36,602 bases of DNA from Paraspadella gotoi (lineage: Eukaryota > Animalia > Chaetognatha): assembly GCA_051294375.1 (NCBI GenBank), contig CM119270.1:797584-834185 (forward strand), given 5' to 3'. The notes beneath the pieces are model-generated. The model was not told where the DNA came from and did no database searches. It saw only the letters and a program-made list of their open reading frames with translations. Made by a program: the position numbers and the translations under genes. Shown one piece after another: positions 36,481 to 36,602 of this stretch. How positions within the stretch are numbered: position 1 is the first letter of the stretch; the number at the start of each line of letters is the position of its first letter.

Positions 36481-36602
36481 GAACGGGAGCTTTGATTAAG
36501 AAAGTAGAAAATATTATTATGAGGAACATGAAGGGAAGATTTAAGATTCAGAGGAGGAAGATTTAAGATTCAGGGGAGGAGATAAAATGTGAATCTTCTC
36601 TC

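Overview
Eukaryotic (metazoan-looking), microsatellite-saturated sequence from a noisy, gap-filled draft assembly. It has eight N-gaps (four of exactly 25 N). Most of the window is tandem near-duplicate blocks whose first copy differs mainly by small indels, so these are probably overfilled long-read duplicates rather than biology. Nearly all ORFs in the supplied track are simple-repeat artefacts. Reading between the repeats gives: (1) a clean two-exon CD225/dispanin (PRRT/IFITM-like) gene at 16914-17946 (+) with an N-terminal (xNxG)9 repeat, whose domain-coding exon is missing from the ORF track; (2) several diverged, stop-containing fragments (219-365, 3445-3740, 12601-12749, 31339-31912 and duplicates) that resemble the nairovirus/arenavirus-type L polymerase and may be endogenous viral elements, an assignment made from recalled motifs and still unverified; (3) a DIRS1-like gag fragment next to a tRNA-derived SINE-like head; (4) frameshifted exons of a probable multi-sushi (CCP) protein; (5) a 70-bp minisatellite with a hairpin, plus many simple repeats. 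No prokaryotic features or CRISPR arrays were found.
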